From: Candidatus Kapaibacterium sp.
GTDB taxonomy: Bacteria > Bacteroidota > Ignavibacteria > Kapaibacteriales > UBA2268
Assembly (NCBI GenBank): GCA_963664875.1
Contig: OY761611.1
Span: 160,001-224,000, forward strand
Length of the DNA stretch: 64,000 nt
Direction: 5' to 3'
The stretch's first letter is position 1, and each line of letters opens with the position of its first letter. Shown one piece after another: positions 40,355 to 51,085 of the stretch. The notes beneath the pieces were generated by a model. The model saw nothing but the letters and a program-made list of their open reading frames with translations, had not been told where the DNA came from and did no database searches. Made by a program: the position numbers and the translations under genes.

Positions 40355-40392
40355 AAGGTCACTGAGCGAGCACAGCGAATCGAAGTGCGGGT
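40355..40392. repeat. REP-like element (uninterrupted copy)
   Basis: AAGGTCACTGAGCGAGCACAGCGAATCGAAGTGCGGGT. Confidence 0.7.
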
Positions 40393-40712
40393 AAGATAAG
40401 TAATTGTAATATAGAGCCCTGTACGGACGACCAGCTTGAGACGCAATCATTAGGTCTATACATTTTGCTTTTTTCAGATTACCTAATGTATTGAGTAATC
40501 TAAATTCAAGTTAGTTTAGTTTGTTTTTACTTATGAGACAGCCCCCCAAGAAACAAGATAACGACCCAGAATAATTTTCTATTGATATTATGGGATGCAA
40601 CATCTAAATGCGGCAATCTATATCATTACGATAGAGATATTCCATAGATTTGCTTATATTTTGAAATAGGAAGTTGTTTGCAAATAGGAAGAGAAGGCTG
40701 AGGATGAATATT

Positions 40713-40755
40713 GATAATTCCAAGCCCTCAGTAATATAGAGGGCTTGGAATTATC
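40713..40755. terminator. Perfect 17-bp stem hairpin downstream of the T9SS gene
   Basis: GATAATTCCAAGCCCTC-9nt-GAGGGCTTGGAATTATC; weak U-tail. Confidence 0.65.
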
Positions 40756-40765
40756 TCAAACGCAT

Positions 40766-42136
40766 TTATTGTTTTATAAATTTCAATATTGCAGTTTCTT
40801 GTTCAGATTGAAGCACTATTAGATATGAGCCCGGCGACAATGTATTCGCCTGAGACCAATCCATTTCGTTTACACCAGCCGGAAAATACGAATCAATCAA
40901 ATTAGCAACTCTTCTGCCTTGCAAATCAGAAATACTAATACTTACTCTTCCTGAACTTGGATTGTTCCAGTTGATTGTAAAATAATCTGCGACTGGGGCA
41001 GGGTAAAGTTTAGTAACTTCTAATCTATTACTGACTATAATATTGTTGTTTACATCTGTTCTCAAAGGAGCTGACTGATAAAGCCCTTTTTCAGAAGTGC
41101 CTACAAGAAATACTGCACCGGCACCAGTAGTGTCCCAAGCAGGAGCAGCGACTGTAATTGCTTTATATTCTTCTTGAATTGGAATGGAATTTTGTTCCCA
41201 CCACCAACCATTATTCGCACTAACATAAATCCCTTGCGAACCGGCTGCAGCAACCATAAATTTTGGAAATAGTGGGTGGAAGTCTAAATCATAAATTTTA
41301 GCACCGGAAGCACCAACAGAATGCCATGTTTTTCCTGTATCTAAGCTCTGATAGATACCTTTCCCGAAAGATACTCCTTCGGAAGTAATTGAGTCGGCAC
41401 CACAGTAAACAATACTCTTATCCATTCCGGAAGGAAGCACTGTATGTATTCTTAGACCTTCAATACCGCTATCAAACGATTGCCAGCTATTACCGCCGTC
41501 GATGGAACGCATAACTCCACCGTCATAACTATTATCACCGGCAACAAAAATCATATTAGCATCTAATTTTGATACCTGAATGTCTCTTGAAGAAATGCTC
41601 AACTGCGGATCGGCAGAAAAAGTATCGAAATTGTCTTCTGACACGAGAATACCTTTCGCAGTATTCATGGCAGAGGCAAATATTTTATTATTAGATTTGG
41701 CAAACTTTGTGACGAAGTAAGTATTGTTGAAGTCAACTTCATTTTTATTCCAAGAAATACCACCATCAGTAGATTTGACGATACTGCCTCTTGTCTTATT
41801 TACACAAGAAGCAATCATGTTCTGTGCATCAATTTGCATTACATCAAGCACAAAGAGACTATCAAGTATAGGCTGACCAAAACTGTTGCCTTTGTCATTT
41901 GTTATTTTGAACCCTTTGCCTTCAATTATATAAAATTCCGGTTCTAATCTGTCCGGAGACCAAGAGTACAAATCTGAAGCAACCGCGTACTTAGTAGGTG
42001 TATTTGGAAATATTATTATTTTGTTGATAGCATCACCAGCATCATCTATCTTTTTCCAATCTTCAGCCTGTGCTGCATTGTAAGAAAATGCAGTAACAAT
42101 GGACAAAATAAAAAACTGTAGTAGTTTTCTGTTCAT
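40766..42136 (-). CDS. T9SS-secreted BNR/Asp-box beta-propeller protein
   Basis: Signal peptide, SxDGGxxW repeats, CTD (LYPAPV...DLQGRRV...GSYLIVL...KFIKQ). Confidence 0.82.
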   Translation of the reverse strand: MNRKLLQFFILSIVTAFSYNAAQAEDWKKIDDAGDAINKIIIFPNTPTKYAVASDLYSWSPDRLEPEFYIIEGKGFKITNDKGNSFGQPILDSLFVLDVMQIDAQNMIASCVNKTRGSIVKSTDGGISWNKNEVDFNNTYFVTKFAKSNNKIFASAMNTAKGILVSEDNFDTFSADPQLSISSRDIQVSKLDANMIFVAGDNSYDGGVMRSIDGGNSWQSFDSGIEGLRIHTVLPSGMDKSIVYCGADSITSEGVSFGKGIYQSLDTGKTWHSVGASGAKIYDLDFHPLFPKFMVAAAGSQGIYVSANNGWWWEQNSIPIQEEYKAITVAAPAWDTTGAGAVFLVGTSEKGLYQSAPLRTDVNNNIIVSNRLEVTKLYPAPVADYFTINWNNPSSGRVSISISDLQGRRVANLIDSYFPAGVNEMDWSQANTLSPGSYLIVLQSEQETAILKFIKQ

Positions 42137-42419
42137 GTTTTACTCCGCAAAACTGTTTTCAAATTCTATTTAATTCTTTTCCATAAAATATGATATTATT
42201 TTCAATTAACTAAATCTTTTTATCCTAAAATAGGAAGTTTTTACGCACTAAGTGCTGTCGACAACTACAATCGGAAAGTTGTTCAACAAAAAAAATTATA
42301 TAAACTCTTTTGCGTTTAAACTGTATAAGAATAAGATAGTGGATAAAATAATGTTGCTTTTTTTCTAAAATTAGCTTTTATTGTTGCTTAGATATATAAT
42401 TAAACGGAGTATCAGATAG

Positions 42420-43997
42420 ATGAGTCTTGCAAAAGGTAATATACTTTGGATTGATGACGAGATAGACAGGTTAAAACCTCATATAATTTTGCTTCAAAAG
42501 CGTGGCTACAATGTAGAAACTGCATCCAATGGTGAAGATGCAATAGCTATGGTGGCAAAGAAACACTATGATTTGATATTTTTAGATGAGATGATGGTTG
42601 GGATTAGCGGACTCGAAGCACTTCCTCGAATCAAAGAGAAAGATCCGAATACTCCGGTAGTGATGGTAACAAAGTCCGAAGCAGAATCAGTTATGGAAGA
42701 TGCAATCGGTAAAAAAATAGATGATTATCTTACCAAACCTGTCAATCCTGCCCAAATATTGATGGCTTGTAAAAAATTCCTCGAAGCAAACAGGATTGAA
42801 GAAGAGCAATTTACGAGAGATTATCTGCAAGGATTCAATGAAATATCACGCCAAATGTTCGGTCCTTTGAATTGGACAGAATGGCAAAATTTATATAAAA
42901 AGCTTGTCGCATATTCTATGGAATTGGATAAACATCCTGATTCCGGTCTGACTCAAACCTTAGCAGATCAGTGGAGACAATGCAACGCAGAGTTCTCAAA
43001 ATTTGTTGAAGAGCACTATAAAGACTGGATAGAATATGAAGATGATGAGTATCCGCTTTTGTCTCCAGATATTCTTGATAGTTATATATATCCAATTCTA
43101 AAAGATGAGCCCGATACAAATCTTGTGTTTTTTGTTGTAGATTGCATGAGATACGACCAATGGTTAGTAATGGAAGAGTTGTTGAAATCTTCTTTTTCTT
43201 CAAAATTAGAATTGTATTCTTCTATTTTACCGACTGCTACACCTTATGCAAGGAATTCTATTTTTGCAGGCTTGTTCCCATCGGAAATCAAACAGCATTA
43301 TCCTCAGTTTTGGAATGTAGAATCCAACTCAGAAGATCATAAACAAAATGCTTATGAAAAAGAATTATTGGAAGCATGGGTTCTTAGAAAAAGATTGAAA
43401 CTGAAAAACAAAATCAACTTTGTAAAAATATTTGATACAGATTTTGGCAAAAAGATAGAAAAAGATATGCCGAAATTACTTCAGTCTCAATTTACTGTAG
43501 TAGTACTCAATGCTATGGATATGATAGCTCATTCCCGTTCCGATTATGCAATTTTAAAAGAAATTGCACCTGACGAGTCTGCATATCGTTCTCTCACAAA
43601 ATCGTGGTTCCAACACTCATCCTTTCTCGGGATGATGAAGATTATATCTAAACAACCAAAAACGAAAGTTGTAATTACTACAGATCACGGTTCTATTAGA
43701 TGTATGAGAGGAGTGAAGGTTCTCGGTGACCGAGATACATCAACTAACCTACGCTATAAATTTGGCAAAAACGTTAAAGCTGACAAAAGAAATGCGATGC
43801 AGATATCTGACCCTCGAGAATATAAATTAACAGCTCACGGTATCACAGTCAATAACATCATTGCTAAAGAAGATTACTATTTCGTTTATCCTACGGACTA
43901 TCATCATTACATGAATAAGTACCGTGATAGCTTCCAACATGGAGGAATTTCTCTCGAAGAAATGATAATACCGGTAGTCGTTATGGAGCCTCGATAA
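42420..43997 (+). CDS. porX: PorX-type response regulator (REC + PglZ/alkaline-phosphatase domain)
   Basis: ILWIDDEID, FLDE, SILPTATPYARN, TTDHG, FQHGGISLEEMIIP; adjacent to tsaE. Confidence 0.88.
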   Translation: MSLAKGNILWIDDEIDRLKPHIILLQKRGYNVETASNGEDAIAMVAKKHYDLIFLDEMMVGISGLEALPRIKEKDPNTPVVMVTKSEAESVMEDAIGKKIDDYLTKPVNPAQILMACKKFLEANRIEEEQFTRDYLQGFNEISRQMFGPLNWTEWQNLYKKLVAYSMELDKHPDSGLTQTLADQWRQCNAEFSKFVEEHYKDWIEYEDDEYPLLSPDILDSYIYPILKDEPDTNLVFFVVDCMRYDQWLVMEELLKSSFSSKLELYSSILPTATPYARNSIFAGLFPSEIKQHYPQFWNVESNSEDHKQNAYEKELLEAWVLRKRLKLKNKINFVKIFDTDFGKKIEKDMPKLLQSQFTVVVLNAMDMIAHSRSDYAILKEIAPDESAYRSLTKSWFQHSSFLGMMKIISKQPKTKVVITTDHGSIRCMRGVKVLGDRDTSTNLRYKFGKNVKADKRNAMQISDPREYKLTAHGITVNNIIAKEDYYFVYPTDYHHYMNKYRDSFQHGGISLEEMIIPVVVMEPR

Positions 43998-44037
43998 TTT
44001 ATGTTTGAATATTATTTTTTTTTCGTATATTTGATAT

Positions 44038-44496
44038 ATGGAAGTAAATAACTACACTACGCACTCAGAGCAAGAAACAATCGAGCTCGGGAGAAAGTTT
44101 GCTGAGGATTTGATCCCCGGCGATTTAGTATTATTTTATGGCGATCTCGGAAGTGGCAAAACTGAGTTTATCAAAGGTATATGCGAGCATTTTAAAGTAG
44201 ATGAATTAGTAACTTCGCCTACTTTTACGATAATGAATCAGTATGCCGGTGAATTTGACGACTATAATCTGCCTATTTATCATGTTGATTTATATAGAAT
44301 CAAATCAAAAGAAGAATTAGGTGAGATTGGTCTTCAGGATTGTTTGTTTTCTGACGATGCGATAAAATTGATAGAATGGGCAGAAAAAGCTGAAAGCTTG
44401 CTGCCGGATACCAAATATAAAGTCAATATCAAGTTTGATTCGAATGATGAAAACTATCGGATTATAGAAATTTCTTATCAGGCTCAACCTGAATAA
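44038..44496 (+). CDS. tsaE: tRNA t6A biosynthesis ATPase
   Basis: GDLGSGKT, VTSPTF, HVDLYR, IEW. Confidence 0.95.
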   Translation: MEVNNYTTHSEQETIELGRKFAEDLIPGDLVLFYGDLGSGKTEFIKGICEHFKVDELVTSPTFTIMNQYAGEFDDYNLPIYHVDLYRIKSKEELGEIGLQDCLFSDDAIKLIEWAEKAESLLPDTKYKVNIKFDSNDENYRIIEISYQAQPE

Positions 44497-44507
44497 AAAA
44501 TCTGAAT

Positions 44508-44544
44508 AAAAAAAAAGCTGTCCTTTTAAAGACAGCTTTTTTTT
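44508..44544. terminator. Bidirectional intrinsic terminator
   Basis: A9-GCTGTC..GACAGC-T8. Confidence 0.85.
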
Positions 44545-44558
44545 GGCACGAATATCTT

Positions 44559-45803
44559 TTAAATCATACCCAATTCTTTACCTACTTTTTTGAAAGCAGC
44601 AATTGCATGAGTTAAGTGCTCTTCTGTGTGAGCTGCTGATATTTGAACTCTGATTCTGTCTTTGCCTCTTGGAACAACAGGAAAAGAGAAAGCGATAACA
44701 TAAACGCCTTCTTCCAACATTTTGTCAGCAAATTTTACAGCCAACTCAGAGCAGTTATCATATTTACCAAACATAATAGGGCAGATAGCGTGTTCGCCCG
44801 GAATAATGTCAAATCCTGCTTCAGTCATTTCCTTACGGAAGCGTATAGTATTAACTTCCAATCTATCTCTAAGCTCAGTAGTTTCAGATAAGATATCGAT
44901 ACATTTGATAGTAGCACCGACAACAGCAGGAGCTAATGTGTTTGAGAATAGATAAGGACGAGCTTTGTTACGCATCCAGTCAATTATTTCCTGTTTAGCA
45001 GCAATACAACCGCCGGAAGCACCACCAAGAGCTTTACCGAAAGTAGTAGTTATTATATCAACTCTGTCCATCACATTGTGGTGTTCGTGAGTGCCACGAC
45101 CTGTTTTGCCCATAAAGCCGGAAGAGTGAGAGTCGTCAACCATAACCAACGCGTCGTATTTATCTGCCAAGTCGCAAATAGCAGGCAAATTAGCAATATC
45201 TCCATCCATTGAGAAAACGCCGTCAGTTGCAATAACTTTAAATCTGCAACCTGCTTCATTTGCTTCTTTCAAGCAGCGTTCCAAACCTTTAAGAGTTTTT
45301 CCGGTAGATGGATCTAATTCTTCAGTATCAGAAAAATTACCATGATTATAGATCCAGCGTTGTGCTTTCGCTAAACGGATACCATCAATAATAGAAGCAT
45401 GATTAAGTGCATCAGTGATAATTGCGTCTTCAGGTCCGAAAAGTGGTTCGAAAACTGCACCATTAGCATCAAAAGCTGAGCAGAAAAGAATAGAATCTTC
45501 CATACCTAAAAAGTCAGCTACTTTTCTTTCTAATACTTTATGGTCGTCTTGAGTACCGCAGATAAAGCGAACAGAAGAAAGACCGAAACCGCGTTTGTCT
45601 ATTTCGTCGTGAGCAGCTTTGATTAGCTCAGGATGAGAAGATAAACCAAGGTAATTATTTGCACAGAAGTTTAAAACTTTTTTGTTGTTTACTAAGATTT
45701 CAGGCCCTTGGGGGCTTTCAATAACTCTTTCGTGTTTATATAACTTTTGTTCTTCCAAACTTTTCAGCTCGTTTGCAAGAAACTCTTTCATTTTGGTGTA
45801 CAT
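44559..45803 (-). CDS. kbl: Glycine C-acetyltransferase (2-amino-3-ketobutyrate CoA ligase)
   Basis: NFCANNYLGL, SSVRFICGTQ, DGVFSMDG, TFGKALGGASGG, RIRVQISAAH. Confidence 0.95.
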   Translation of the reverse strand: MYTKMKEFLANELKSLEEQKLYKHERVIESPQGPEILVNNKKVLNFCANNYLGLSSHPELIKAAHDEIDKRGFGLSSVRFICGTQDDHKVLERKVADFLGMEDSILFCSAFDANGAVFEPLFGPEDAIITDALNHASIIDGIRLAKAQRWIYNHGNFSDTEELDPSTGKTLKGLERCLKEANEAGCRFKVIATDGVFSMDGDIANLPAICDLADKYDALVMVDDSHSSGFMGKTGRGTHEHHNVMDRVDIITTTFGKALGGASGGCIAAKQEIIDWMRNKARPYLFSNTLAPAVVGATIKCIDILSETTELRDRLEVNTIRFRKEMTEAGFDIIPGEHAICPIMFGKYDNCSELAVKFADKMLEEGVYVIAFSFPVVPRGKDRIRVQISAAHTEEHLTHAIAAFKKVGKELGMI

Positions 45804-46052
45804 AACTTCTCCTAATGTAAAGTCTAATTAGCTAAAGTAATATCGCACTAAAATAAGAAAAAAAAGGCAAACTGTTTACCTTATAAACTATAAAAAATAG
45901 TAATATTCCGAATTATAGCTTTTTAGATGAAATCGAATATAAATGATAAAACTAATCAGCAGATGCTTTGGAATGTTATGCTAAAATGGGTTAGCTCCAT
46001 TACGCAAATAAGAAGATAAAAACAACAATAGGCCTTCAAAATAATAAGTAAT

Positions 46053-47915
46053 TTATCTTAAAGTATCCTGCTCTTGTTGCAATTCCATTTTTAGAGTATC
46101 AAGCTGTGCTTCATGAGATAGCGAATCAAGTTGTTTTGTAGATGTAGAATCAGGATAGAAAAAACCTTTTATTATTTCTTTGGCGATAGGTGCAGCAACT
46201 GTTGAGCCATAGCCTGCATTTTCTACCATACAGGCAACTGCTATTTTTGGATTGTCTTTTGGAGCAAAACATATAAACCAGGAGTGGTCTCTGCCGTGAG
46301 GATTTTGAGCAGTACCTGTTTTACCACAAATTTTTAATTCCGGAATCTGAATGTTAGTCGCAGTACCTCCGGGAGTATTTACTACATCATACATACCGTC
46401 ATGAATGATGTTGAAAATCTTTTCATCTATAGGCAGTTTAGTTGTTACATAATTTATTGGTTCTACCTTTTGCGTCTCGGGGTCATAAATATGACTTACC
46501 ACGTGAGGTTGAATCATTGTACCTTTGTTAGCTAATGCAGCAGCATAAGCAGCTACCTGAAGTGGGGTAGTAGCGATTTCACCCTGACCGATACCCCAGT
46601 TTAGCACAATGCCTTTAGGAATATATTTTAGTCTTTTCATAAGTTGATCTTTTGAAGGAAAAGAGCCTTTGCCTTCATACGGTATATCAACATTTGTAAT
46701 GTCGCCAAAACCGAAAAGTTTTCCGTATTCATAGATTTTTTCTAAACCTAATTTAAGGCCAAGATTGTAGAAATAAGTATTGCATGAGCCTTGTATAGCT
46801 TTTCTTGCATTTACGGTACCATGTACGTGAGTACATCCAAAAAATCTATTACCAAAAGTCATTCCACCTGAACAGTTGAAGGTTGTGTTCTCCGTGATGA
46901 GACCTTCTTTAAGAGCAGCGGCGAGCATTAGCATTTTCCAGGTCGAGCCCGGGGCATAAGCAGATTGGAATGCTCTTGGGAGCAGCGGTTTGCCATCATC
47001 ATTCCTAAGTGAATCGTAAAGTTTCGCAGGAATTCTGCCTGAAAAATCTCTAGGGTCAAAATCCGGTTTGCTTGCCATGACTATAATTTCGCCTGTATTC
47101 GGATCTATAGCTACAACTGCACCTCTTTTTCCTTCGAGAAGCTTCTCTGCTTTTATTTGTAAATCGATATCAATGGTTAACTGTAAATCTTTTCCGTTAA
47201 CTGCAGAAATATCGCTTTTACCATTGTCAAAACTTGAAACAGGACGTCCCCATTTATTTACAGCCACGAAACGATAACCGTATCTACCTTTCAAGAAGTT
47301 CTCGTAAGACGCTTCAATGCCTGCTTTCCCTATCATATCGCCCGGGCGTAAGTAAGGTTTTTGTGTGAGATTTGCCTGAGAAACTTCACCGGTGTAACCA
47401 AGCAAGTGAGCCATATTACAATCAAATTCGTAAAGTCTTTTAGATTCGACTGCAATATCAATTCCCGGTAAATAATCGTTATATTCTTCTATAAGTGAGA
47501 CTATGTCAAAAGAGGCATCGCGATAAATCTTTATAGGTTCAAATTTTGAATATGTAGAAAATTTATTTATTGTCTTCTGAATAGTGATTGAGTCTGTTTC
47601 TAATAAGGAGCATAGAAGAGGCATAGCAATAACATCAAATTCTTTCGGAGTGAGTGTTACAGAAAATGCTGCTTCGTTGTGAACAATCAATTTCCCGTTT
47701 CTGTCGTACATATTTCCTCTAAAAGGCTCAACTTTTACTTTTTTGATGGCTTGAGCTTCAGATTCCATTTTGTATTCGCTACCCTGCAATAATTGCAACT
47801 GAGCAAGTCTGCCAATAAAAATTGCAGCTACTACATAAAGAAGTAGCTTATATACATTTCTTCGTCCGTTAGAGCCGAAAAAAGGGTTTTCACCCATTGA
47901 TCTTTTTATTGGCAT
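46053..47915 (-). CDS. mrdA: Penicillin-binding protein 2
   Basis: N-terminal TM, RGNMYDRNG, PGSTWK (SxxK), SCN, KTGTAQ. Confidence 0.9.
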   Translation of the reverse strand: MPIKRSMGENPFFGSNGRRNVYKLLLYVVAAIFIGRLAQLQLLQGSEYKMESEAQAIKKVKVEPFRGNMYDRNGKLIVHNEAAFSVTLTPKEFDVIAMPLLCSLLETDSITIQKTINKFSTYSKFEPIKIYRDASFDIVSLIEEYNDYLPGIDIAVESKRLYEFDCNMAHLLGYTGEVSQANLTQKPYLRPGDMIGKAGIEASYENFLKGRYGYRFVAVNKWGRPVSSFDNGKSDISAVNGKDLQLTIDIDLQIKAEKLLEGKRGAVVAIDPNTGEIIVMASKPDFDPRDFSGRIPAKLYDSLRNDDGKPLLPRAFQSAYAPGSTWKMLMLAAALKEGLITENTTFNCSGGMTFGNRFFGCTHVHGTVNARKAIQGSCNTYFYNLGLKLGLEKIYEYGKLFGFGDITNVDIPYEGKGSFPSKDQLMKRLKYIPKGIVLNWGIGQGEIATTPLQVAAYAAALANKGTMIQPHVVSHIYDPETQKVEPINYVTTKLPIDEKIFNIIHDGMYDVVNTPGGTATNIQIPELKICGKTGTAQNPHGRDHSWFICFAPKDNPKIAVACMVENAGYGSTVAAPIAKEIIKGFFYPDSTSTKQLDSLSHEAQLDTLKMELQQEQDTLR

Positions 47916-47976
47916 AAAAGAGGATTTATATTATTGACAAAATCAGAAATGCAAAATAAGTAAAAGTATCCAAAAA

Positions 47977-49380
47977 TTACACGGGTGTGTTAGATTTTCT
48001 TTGATATTTCTCTGCAATGGCAGTTACAGCTAATCCAAAGGCTACTACAAATATACCGTCCCGATAAACAAATTGACTCGAAGTGGTGTTTACTATAAAT
48101 AGCATTAGCATTGTCATAAATCCGGTTACGGCAAGTTTTTTGAAAAATGGATCTGTAATTTGCTTAGAGAGCTCAAAAGCTTTCAAAAATGTGGCAACCA
48201 TTACAAAAAGATAAACAAGTGTTAGCGGTGCTCCTATTCTATAGAAGAAGTAAATATATCCGTTATGGATTATATTTGTCCTTTTGGTCATTTCAGGGAT
48301 TGGATCATAGAAGTGAAACTCTGCAGATAAACCATTGCCTCCGAGCATATTATCAGGATAAGTCCTGTCTATTGCAGCATCATATTCTGCAAGACGGGAG
48401 AGTAATGAAATATCCTTAGTCCCTTTGGTTGATGAGGTGAATCTTTTTTCTACAAATGAATAGAATATTTTGGCATTGTCCTGAAAAAACAGAAATGCTG
48501 TTATTACAGTAAATAGCACTAAAATCAAAGTATATACAGAAAACAAAATTTTCTGTCGATAACTAATAAATAGAAAGACTAAAAATAAAAGGAAGATTTC
48601 AACAACCCAAAATGTTCTTGAAAAAGTAATCACAAGAGCAGTGAAACTTATTCCGGCAAAAGTAAGGGAGTATAATTTAACGAGTTTAGAGTAGTTTCCA
48701 AAACTGAAAAGTACAGCCACAGCTACACTAATAGTTAATACCGTCTGATTTTCTCTTACTGATGTGCCAAGTTGGTAAGCATACATAAAATCATCAGAAG
48801 TTAGAATCTTGTAGTAAGTATAAAATTGACCGAAACTCACAGCGAGTACTGAGATAGAAAACAAGAATAATAGTATTTCTATATCCTTTTTATTTTCAAA
48901 TTCTTCTTTAAGCGGAAAATAGTATAGTGTCAATGCAAAAACTATGTATTCTCGCAACCAATTAAATAAATCTACTTCATTAAAAAAAGCGACAATTGCA
49001 TTGCCGATAAGAACGATGAAGAAAAATAGAAGAAACCAATCGCGGTAATTATTTACAATCTTTTTCTTGCGTACAAAAACAGTCCAAAAAATCCAAATAG
49101 CAATCCCAAAAAAGAAATATATTCCAACAAAAACATCAAGTACAGAAACACCTTCGCTACTCGAAAGAAAAAAGACTGAAGTAAGAGCTGCAATAGAATA
49201 AAGCCAAATCTTTTTGTTGTAAAACATTATAGCTATGAATACAAAACCTAATACACCCGGGACAATAAGCAAAGCCTGGTCCAAAACAATAGCGAATAGC
49301 ATTCCTACTAAAGAAACAAAAATTGCAGGAACGCTAAAAGCAAAGGGTATTCTGCCGGAATTTGTTAAGCTATTGGACAT
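47977..49380 (-). CDS. O-antigen ligase/polymerase family membrane protein
   Basis: Multi-TM, TFSR, IHNGY motif. Confidence 0.8.
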   Translation of the reverse strand: MSNSLTNSGRIPFAFSVPAIFVSLVGMLFAIVLDQALLIVPGVLGFVFIAIMFYNKKIWLYSIAALTSVFFLSSSEGVSVLDVFVGIYFFFGIAIWIFWTVFVRKKKIVNNYRDWFLLFFFIVLIGNAIVAFFNEVDLFNWLREYIVFALTLYYFPLKEEFENKKDIEILLFLFSISVLAVSFGQFYTYYKILTSDDFMYAYQLGTSVRENQTVLTISVAVAVLFSFGNYSKLVKLYSLTFAGISFTALVITFSRTFWVVEIFLLFLVFLFISYRQKILFSVYTLILVLFTVITAFLFFQDNAKIFYSFVEKRFTSSTKGTKDISLLSRLAEYDAAIDRTYPDNMLGGNGLSAEFHFYDPIPEMTKRTNIIHNGYIYFFYRIGAPLTLVYLFVMVATFLKAFELSKQITDPFFKKLAVTGFMTMLMLFIVNTTSSQFVYRDGIFVVAFGLAVTAIAEKYQRKSNTPV

Positions 49381-50548
49381 CTTCAGTCAAACTCTGTTTG
49401 TACTTATCCATTAATTCTCTATAGGAGTTAAATAGAATCACAAAAAGCAAAGCTAAGATAAATCCTCCAAATGTGGCTCCTGCAACAATTACAGAACGTT
49501 TAGGCTTAGATTTTTTTTGTGGAGCAACCGCTTCATCAATCACGTACAAATTCTTTTGATTTTTATTTAAATCTAATCTTGTTTCTTCATACATAGGTGT
49601 CAGAAATGCTTTCACTTTTGTGAAAGTTTCAAATTCGGCATACAATCTAAAATAATTTAGCCCTACTTCAGCTGCATCAGTAAGTGCAAAATTGCCAGCG
49701 AAACCGGGTTGTGTTTCAATATCTTTGAGTTTTTCTAAAGATTTTTTATGTAAATCTTTAATCAATTTTGTTTTGGAGTTGTCTTCTCCGTAGTTGTCTC
49801 TTAGAAATTCATATTGTATCTCATACTGTACAGCTTGTGCTTTGAACTCTGCAAGTGAATTGCTTACAGCCTTTGCTTGATCTAATGGGCTCAGCACTTG
49901 TTTGGCTTTTGCATAAACTTGAAGTTTGTTGCTTATATCCATTAAAGTAGAATCAGTAGCTGCTAATCTTTTCTCTAAATAACTTAAATTATCAGCAGTT
50001 TCTTTTTGAGTGAGTTTTATAGCAAAATTGTTTGCAATCTGAACATAGTCATTTGCCATTTGGGCACATCTTTTTTTGTCTTTATCAGTAATGCTAATCA
50101 GGTAATTACCTTCTTTTTCGTAAGTAACATCTACGTTTGCGAGAAATTCTTTTCTGACGTCGTCCATTAGAGAATCAGGAATATCGTATGTTTTTGCTAA
50201 GTCATATTTTTTAATCATCGAATCCACTACAGAGCGTGACTCTAAGATTACTATAAAAGAATAGCTATCGCCGGATTTACCTCCAAGTTTAGAAAGCCCA
50301 AAGTCTTTTAAAGCAGAAGTAACACTACCCATAAGCCCGGAAGTACCTGACGCATCTTTAGGAGGTACTACATTTACCTGAGCTGTGTACCATAGAGGAA
50401 GCATAAACGCAATTATTACAGAAGCTATGGCTGTAATTATAGTAAAAGAGAGTATAAATATTTTGTGTTTGAACAGCAGAAAAAGCATTTTCAAATTGCT
50501 GTAAGTGTTGTTTTCCATAAATCGATTCTTTCTTTGGTTGTTTTTCAA
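49370..50548 (-). CDS. Wzz/GumC polysaccharide chain-length determinant
   Basis: Two TM flanking a coiled coil; IDEAVAPQKKSKPKR. Confidence 0.85.
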   Translation of the reverse strand: MKNNQRKNRFMENNTYSNLKMLFLLFKHKIFILSFTIITAIASVIIAFMLPLWYTAQVNVVPPKDASGTSGLMGSVTSALKDFGLSKLGGKSGDSYSFIVILESRSVVDSMIKKYDLAKTYDIPDSLMDDVRKEFLANVDVTYEKEGNYLISITDKDKKRCAQMANDYVQIANNFAIKLTQKETADNLSYLEKRLAATDSTLMDISNKLQVYAKAKQVLSPLDQAKAVSNSLAEFKAQAVQYEIQYEFLRDNYGEDNSKTKLIKDLHKKSLEKLKDIETQPGFAGNFALTDAAEVGLNYFRLYAEFETFTKVKAFLTPMYEETRLDLNKNQKNLYVIDEAVAPQKKSKPKRSVIVAGATFGGFILALLFVILFNSYRELMDKYKQSLTEDVQ

Positions 50549-51085
50549 TCTGCAATATATCTAAGTAAATTGGTAAATCATATTACATTATTCTTGCTTT
50601 TTGGTTCATTATTTTGTTTAGTAATTTGTCGAATAAATATCTTGGCATGGGCGAATTTCTGAACAGACAGATATTATTATAAAACTATCTCTTATATAAA
50701 TCACTATGTTGCAAAAAAACTGAAGATTACGAGATTGCTGATATAGCCAACAAAAATTAAAAGTTGTATGCTTCAAATTTCTAATAGCGTTTGCAACATA
50801 GATTATATTGAAATGCTATATGGAATGAAGGATAAAGTTACATATTTAATCTAACTAAAATGCAGTATGTCCAATCAATACAGAATATTATAAATCGGCA
50901 GCTTGATTTCCTTCATGATAAACTTAGTATGAGTATGTGAGACAACTAAATCAAAAATTCTTTATAAAATGTAAAATCAATACATTCTCGATTCTAATAT
51001 ACGATATTTCTAAGAATTTAAACAAAAATTTCATATAATCGTATAAATCAAAAAAGTATATTCTAAATATTTAAGGGTAGGAATT

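Noticed and set aside
45804-46052. Glycine riboswitch upstream of kbl
   Set aside because: No conserved aptamer motifs visible on the minus strand.
50549-51085. sRNA, ops/JUMPstart or hidden gene in the 530-bp gap
   Set aside because: No recognisable motif, strong hairpin or credible ORF.
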